Assembly: GCA_973895155.1 (NCBI GenBank)
Contig: OZ316891.1
Location: 21,216,169 to 21,280,168 of the forward strand
Origin: Marsupella aquatica
Lineage: Eukaryota > Plantae > Marchantiophyta
DNA length: 64,000 bases
Direction of reading: 5' to 3'
Shown one piece after another: positions 59,954 through 64,000 of the stretch. Position 1 is the first letter of the stretch. The number at the start of each line of letters is the position of its first letter. Both the position numbers and the translations under genes were made by a program. A model generated the notes under the pieces. The model ran no database searches and was not told where the DNA came from. It worked only from the letters and a program-made list of their open reading frames with translations.

Positions 59954-61431
59954 AGTGGTGGACCTCGCCACCCAGCGCCCTCACCAATCCCAACACTCAC
60001 GCCTAAGTGCCTCTGGTGCCCAAAACGCCTCCACGGAATACCTCGAGCAAGCACCCTAGTGCCCCGTGCACTGCCAGCGGCCCCTCCCATACGAAGCCGC
60101 ACTTGCTCTCTAACACGACCGCTACTCAACGGTCCTCCCTATCTGCACAAGCAACCAAGCACCTCGGTAAGTAACCCTTCAGGATCTAGAACTCGCCAAG
60201 TCTAGCATCTAACTCAAGCTCAACAGACGTTGGTAAATAGGTCAGCGATAGGTCCTCCCGATGCCATAAGCCGGAACCAGAACCCACGCCCACTGTTCGT
60301 CCAGAATAGCTCCTTCCTTGGGCGCAGCCCGGGTTCCCCCTCGTACCTATCCATCACCAACTGACCGCCCTGACCCCAGGACATGCTCATGGCCCAAATA
60401 GCGTAGCTTGTCCTAAAGCTTGTCCCAACACGTCGGGACCAAAATGGCCCCGACCCTGGAATCCACTCTCAGTTCACCTCACTGACGGTCTAGGGGTCAA
60501 ACACTCTTGGGACTCAACCTCCACACCTACTTGGCCTTGCCTTCCCAATGCAAGCTCCCTTGGGAGACTGAATGCGGCTTGGTTGTTGTTCGGCAGGATT
60601 TGGCACGCGGGCGAGCTAACACCCGCAAACCCCTAGACCCCAAGGGACCCCCAGACCCAGCTGAGCTCAGAAGGACGTAGCCCTCCTCAAGAGCTTTCCA
60701 ATCAAGAAGTCCTCCAGCGGACTTCCCGTTGGGAAGATATCACCATTTCTGTTGGGCGGTTTCCCTTAGTGTCGCGACCGCCGCGGCTCACGACTTCGGC
60801 TCGCCCTTAGCCCCCAGGGAGACACCATTCCCCTCATATATGCTTCTAGAGACCTGCCACCCTCGGACCAGCTTTGGTCCCTAAACATTTGGCCCCCAAC
60901 CCGGATCCTATCACGCATAATGGGCGCGCCACCAGCTGGCAACGCCCATAATTTTCTTGTTAGGCATCCACAAGCGGAGTGCCTTAGCCCGCTGTGATCG
61001 GGCCGACCCAGTGCTCATGCCTAGGCCCTCAGGTCTCATCACCACTCAAGGCCCCGGATCGGCCCAACCCGGATCGGGCCCTAACTTGCACCCCAAGCGT
61101 CCGTTGCCCATAGCGTCAACTCCATTGGCCTTGGGCCCAAGAAGAGCTCACACTCAAGCCCTGAGAACTCCAAGTCCATCCGGACGTTCGGACGGCCATC
61201 CTTGAGCCTGGCCCATTTCCCCTTGAACCGACCAGTTATCAGCTAGTCCAAGTCCTTAGTGTGTGTCCCCAGCTTGGCTCCTTGCCTCGCTAGTGCCACG
61301 TCTCATTGCCCACAAGTCTCCCCATGCTAAGTCTTCCCCGAATGGCCTATCCGAGCCTGGACCATAAGGGAGCTCGGCGTCGGAGTCAACGACGCTGGAG
61401 CTAAGTGTTAAGGTAGTCGAGTTCCACGACT
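59954..61431 (-). mobile_element. Solo LTR of the chromovirus family, TSD CCCAC
   Basis: CCCAC|AGTGGTGG...CCACGACT|CCCAC; it is the reverse complement of LTR 51957-53463. Confidence 0.95.
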
Positions 61432-62129
61432 CCCACTCCCCGTTCCCTGGTCAAGCGAGGGAGAGCATATTGGTTAACTTGAGGATGGTGACAACCATCC
61501 CATAATGAGAAACTCACAAGATGTTCACCATTTGATCATTCCAAACTAGCCAGAGTTACTTTGGTTAATCAATGGTGGAAAATGGTGGAAATGTCATAAT
61601 TTAGCACATCAAAATAGTGACAAAGTATCCAATTTTATCCTTTTGGTGCCCCTCAAGCTTGCATTTGACCTAAGGCTGCAGTACACAACAAGAGCATACA
61701 AGAACTTTCAAATCAGGGTGGACTTATTTGGAGTATTTGTAGTAGTATAATCAATGCTGTGACAAGCTAAGTCCAAATATAAATACAAATACTTCTTCTA
61801 CAAATATACAAATAAAGCTTCGTTGGCTTAGAAGGTAGTTGTGTCAGTGTATTTTTAAGCTTTTTTATTTTTAGCCGGTGTGGCGAATGTTTGCTTCTCT
61901 AAGGGAGGAGATTCTAGGAATATTCTCTGCCAGATTTTACTGAATTAAATGTTGACCGTTAGATATCACTAGATTTAAGGAGGACCCTTAGATTCTGGCT
62001 AATGGGGCCCATGACTTGGTGGAAGAGTGGCTAATGGTGTCAGAAAAATGTAGTGAATATTAGCCAAAAGTGGCCAAAGGTTTTTGGGGAGGTGGAATTT
62101 GGCTAAAATTTGCACTTAAAAAATACACA

Positions 62130-62713
62130 GAGTTGTGTCCCTATCTGTGATTATCTTCTCTGGAAAACTAATCAATGGCTAGCTTTGAGGTTTCTTTATT
62201 CTCAACTTTGACCTTCATTGATCGTAAGATTTTAACAAAGTATACCAGCATTGAAGTGAATACAAATAAAGCTTCTTCTCGGGCTTCTAGAGGCATGTGG
62301 CTATGAAAGCATTACAATTAATATGTGTTAGCTGGCTTGAAGTAACAACTTGTCAAATGTCCTTGTTCACAACTCTTCAGAACTTTCTTATCAGAACTCT
62401 AAGTGGATTGCATGAGTGTGATTCACCACCAATCAAGCAAAACTTGCTTGTGCACCAAAGCTGACTAAGCCAACTTCATCATACAGATCATCTTTGTGCT
62501 TTTTACATTCACAATCAATACTTCTTAGTTCATTTGTGTACCTTAGTAATATTGTATCTTAGGTAAATCACCTTAGAAAACATTTGTGTATCTAAAATTC
62601 AATGCTTCTTAGTAAATCTTAGTACCCATGAAGGCCAAAGTTGAGAATAAAACAAACACAAAGCTAGCCATTGATTAGTTTTCCCAAGAAGATAGTCACA
62701 AATTGGGAAGCAC
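62130..62713. mobile_element. Foldback/MITE-like element with ~90-bp imperfect inverted arms
   Basis: tgtgattatcttctctggaaaactaatcaatggctagctttg...ttattctcaactttgaccttca (62147-62218) pairs with tgaaggccaaagttgagaataaa...caaagctagccattgattagttttcccaagaagatagtcaca (62629-62700). Confidence 0.65.
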
Positions 62714-62714
62714 C

Positions 62715-63400
62715 TGCCTTCTAAGCCAATTTACGTAAGCCGACCTCACCTAAGCCAACTGATGAGAGAAAACCTTGCCTAAGCCAAGTTGGAGCCTACC
62801 TCAAAATTTAGACCAACTTTGTCCATTTTTTATATCATTTCTACTAGTCAAAAAAAGGTGTGAGTTTACTACGTGATAGTATGGACATAGCCTTATACTG
62901 TGGTAGAAGCTGAGTACTACTGAAGCTTGAAGTTGAGAAATAAAAATAGACAACGATATCCAATGATCAATTTGCTGCACTATACACAAATGTCTTGGAA
63001 GGTGATTTACCTAGATGACTGCACCTAAGCTAACCTTAACTCAATGTGACCTAAGCAGATTTAACCTCAGCCAACCTTACCTAAGCCAAATTGACCTTAA
63101 GTGACGTTACCTACACCGAGTTTGAACTTAGAGCATGGTTGTGCATTTTTACTTAGTTTCATTTCTACTTGATTTAAAAGTTGAAAGATTTTAAAGCTCA
63201 TGGAATAGACATGGTGATACATGCTGGTAAAATCTTGGTACCAACGGAGCACATGGTCAAGAATTAAAAATAAGGCAAAGGTAGCCAACATTTGATTAGT
63301 TTGTCACAAATGACATAATTAAATGCTTTCTAAGTTAATTTGATCTAGGCAGATCCAACCTGAGCCGACCTCACCTAAGCTGATCTGACCTAAGCTGTTC
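62715..63400. repeat. Clusters of degenerate ~15-20-bp acctaagc(c/t)aa repeats (subterminal-type TE repeats)
   Basis: cctaagccaa, acctaagc and gccgacctcacctaagc recur at 62720-62790, 63020-63100 and 63355-63395. Confidence 0.55.
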
Positions 63401-63843
63401 ATGCAAATGCTTGTGCTCTTGTTTGTTTGGGTTTGAGTGGTCTTTGCCCTCTTTCCCCCTCTATTCTGTAAACATATTTCCTGAGACAAAACTGAAAACA
63501 ATTCAATCAATCTATGCATTAATGTGGCTTGGAAAAATCAGTAACAATTAAACCTAATAAATCTTTCCATGATATGTGAAGGGTTGTGAAGTGAACATTT
63601 GTGATTTCTCACTCGACCAATAATACTGTCAATGTCCTTCTGCTTATAAATGGACATCCTTATCGGTAGTTATGTTGAGATAAAATTGGACAACATGTTG
63701 TCACATGGAAGTAGTGTACAAAATATATCTATCTTGACATAGACATTTTTGGTTCACCCAGTTTAGGGTGCGTACATGACCAAAAGAAAAAATTCATTAT
63801 ACATTAACACCATACAATGGCCATACATTGGCAAGTCACAAGT

Positions 63844-64000
63844 AGTGGTGGACCTTGCCACCCAGCGCCTTCACCAATCCCATCACTCACACCTAAGTGC
63901 CCTTGGTGCCCGAACGCCTCCACGGAATACCTCGAGCAAGCACCCTAGTGCCCCTTGCACCACCCGCGACCCCTCCCATATGAAGCCGCACTTGCTCACC
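63844..64000 (-). mobile_element. Another LTR of the same chromovirus family, running off the window end
   Basis: agtggtggacct.gccacccagcgcc.tcaccaatccca... matches 59954 onward. Confidence 0.92.

Overview
Eukaryotic land-plant genomic DNA with GT-AG introns; the gene style looks bryophyte-like, but the species cannot be fixed from the sequence. The left half holds four host genes: CCT/TCP-1 alpha chaperonin (+), F-box/LRR protein FBL15/SLOMO-like (-), an intronless L-lactate dehydrogenase (+) and NOP10 (+). A duplicated, decayed copy of the NOP10 promoter, 5'UTR and exon 1 lies directly in front of LDH, among several non-autonomous DNA transposons. The right half is a transposon island. It has a decayed PIF/Harbinger-type element with an unusual target site, then a Ty1/copia element (TSD CCATT). 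The copia contains an internally deleted Ty3/gypsy chromovirus whose LTRs end AGT...ACT instead of TG...CA. That chromovirus in turn contains a 4.6-kb TG...CA insert (TSD TATGA) that looks like a giant solo LTR, yet carries a decayed gene for a ~1,190-aa protein with a plant-mobile-domain-like region and a coiled coil. Two more LTR copies of the AGT...ACT family follow. The most novel-looking items are the protein-coding solo-LTR-like element, the non-canonical chromovirus termini without a PPT, the Harbinger-like AAA|TTT target site, and the NOP10-promoter/LDH juxtaposition. All calls were made by eye, without database searches.
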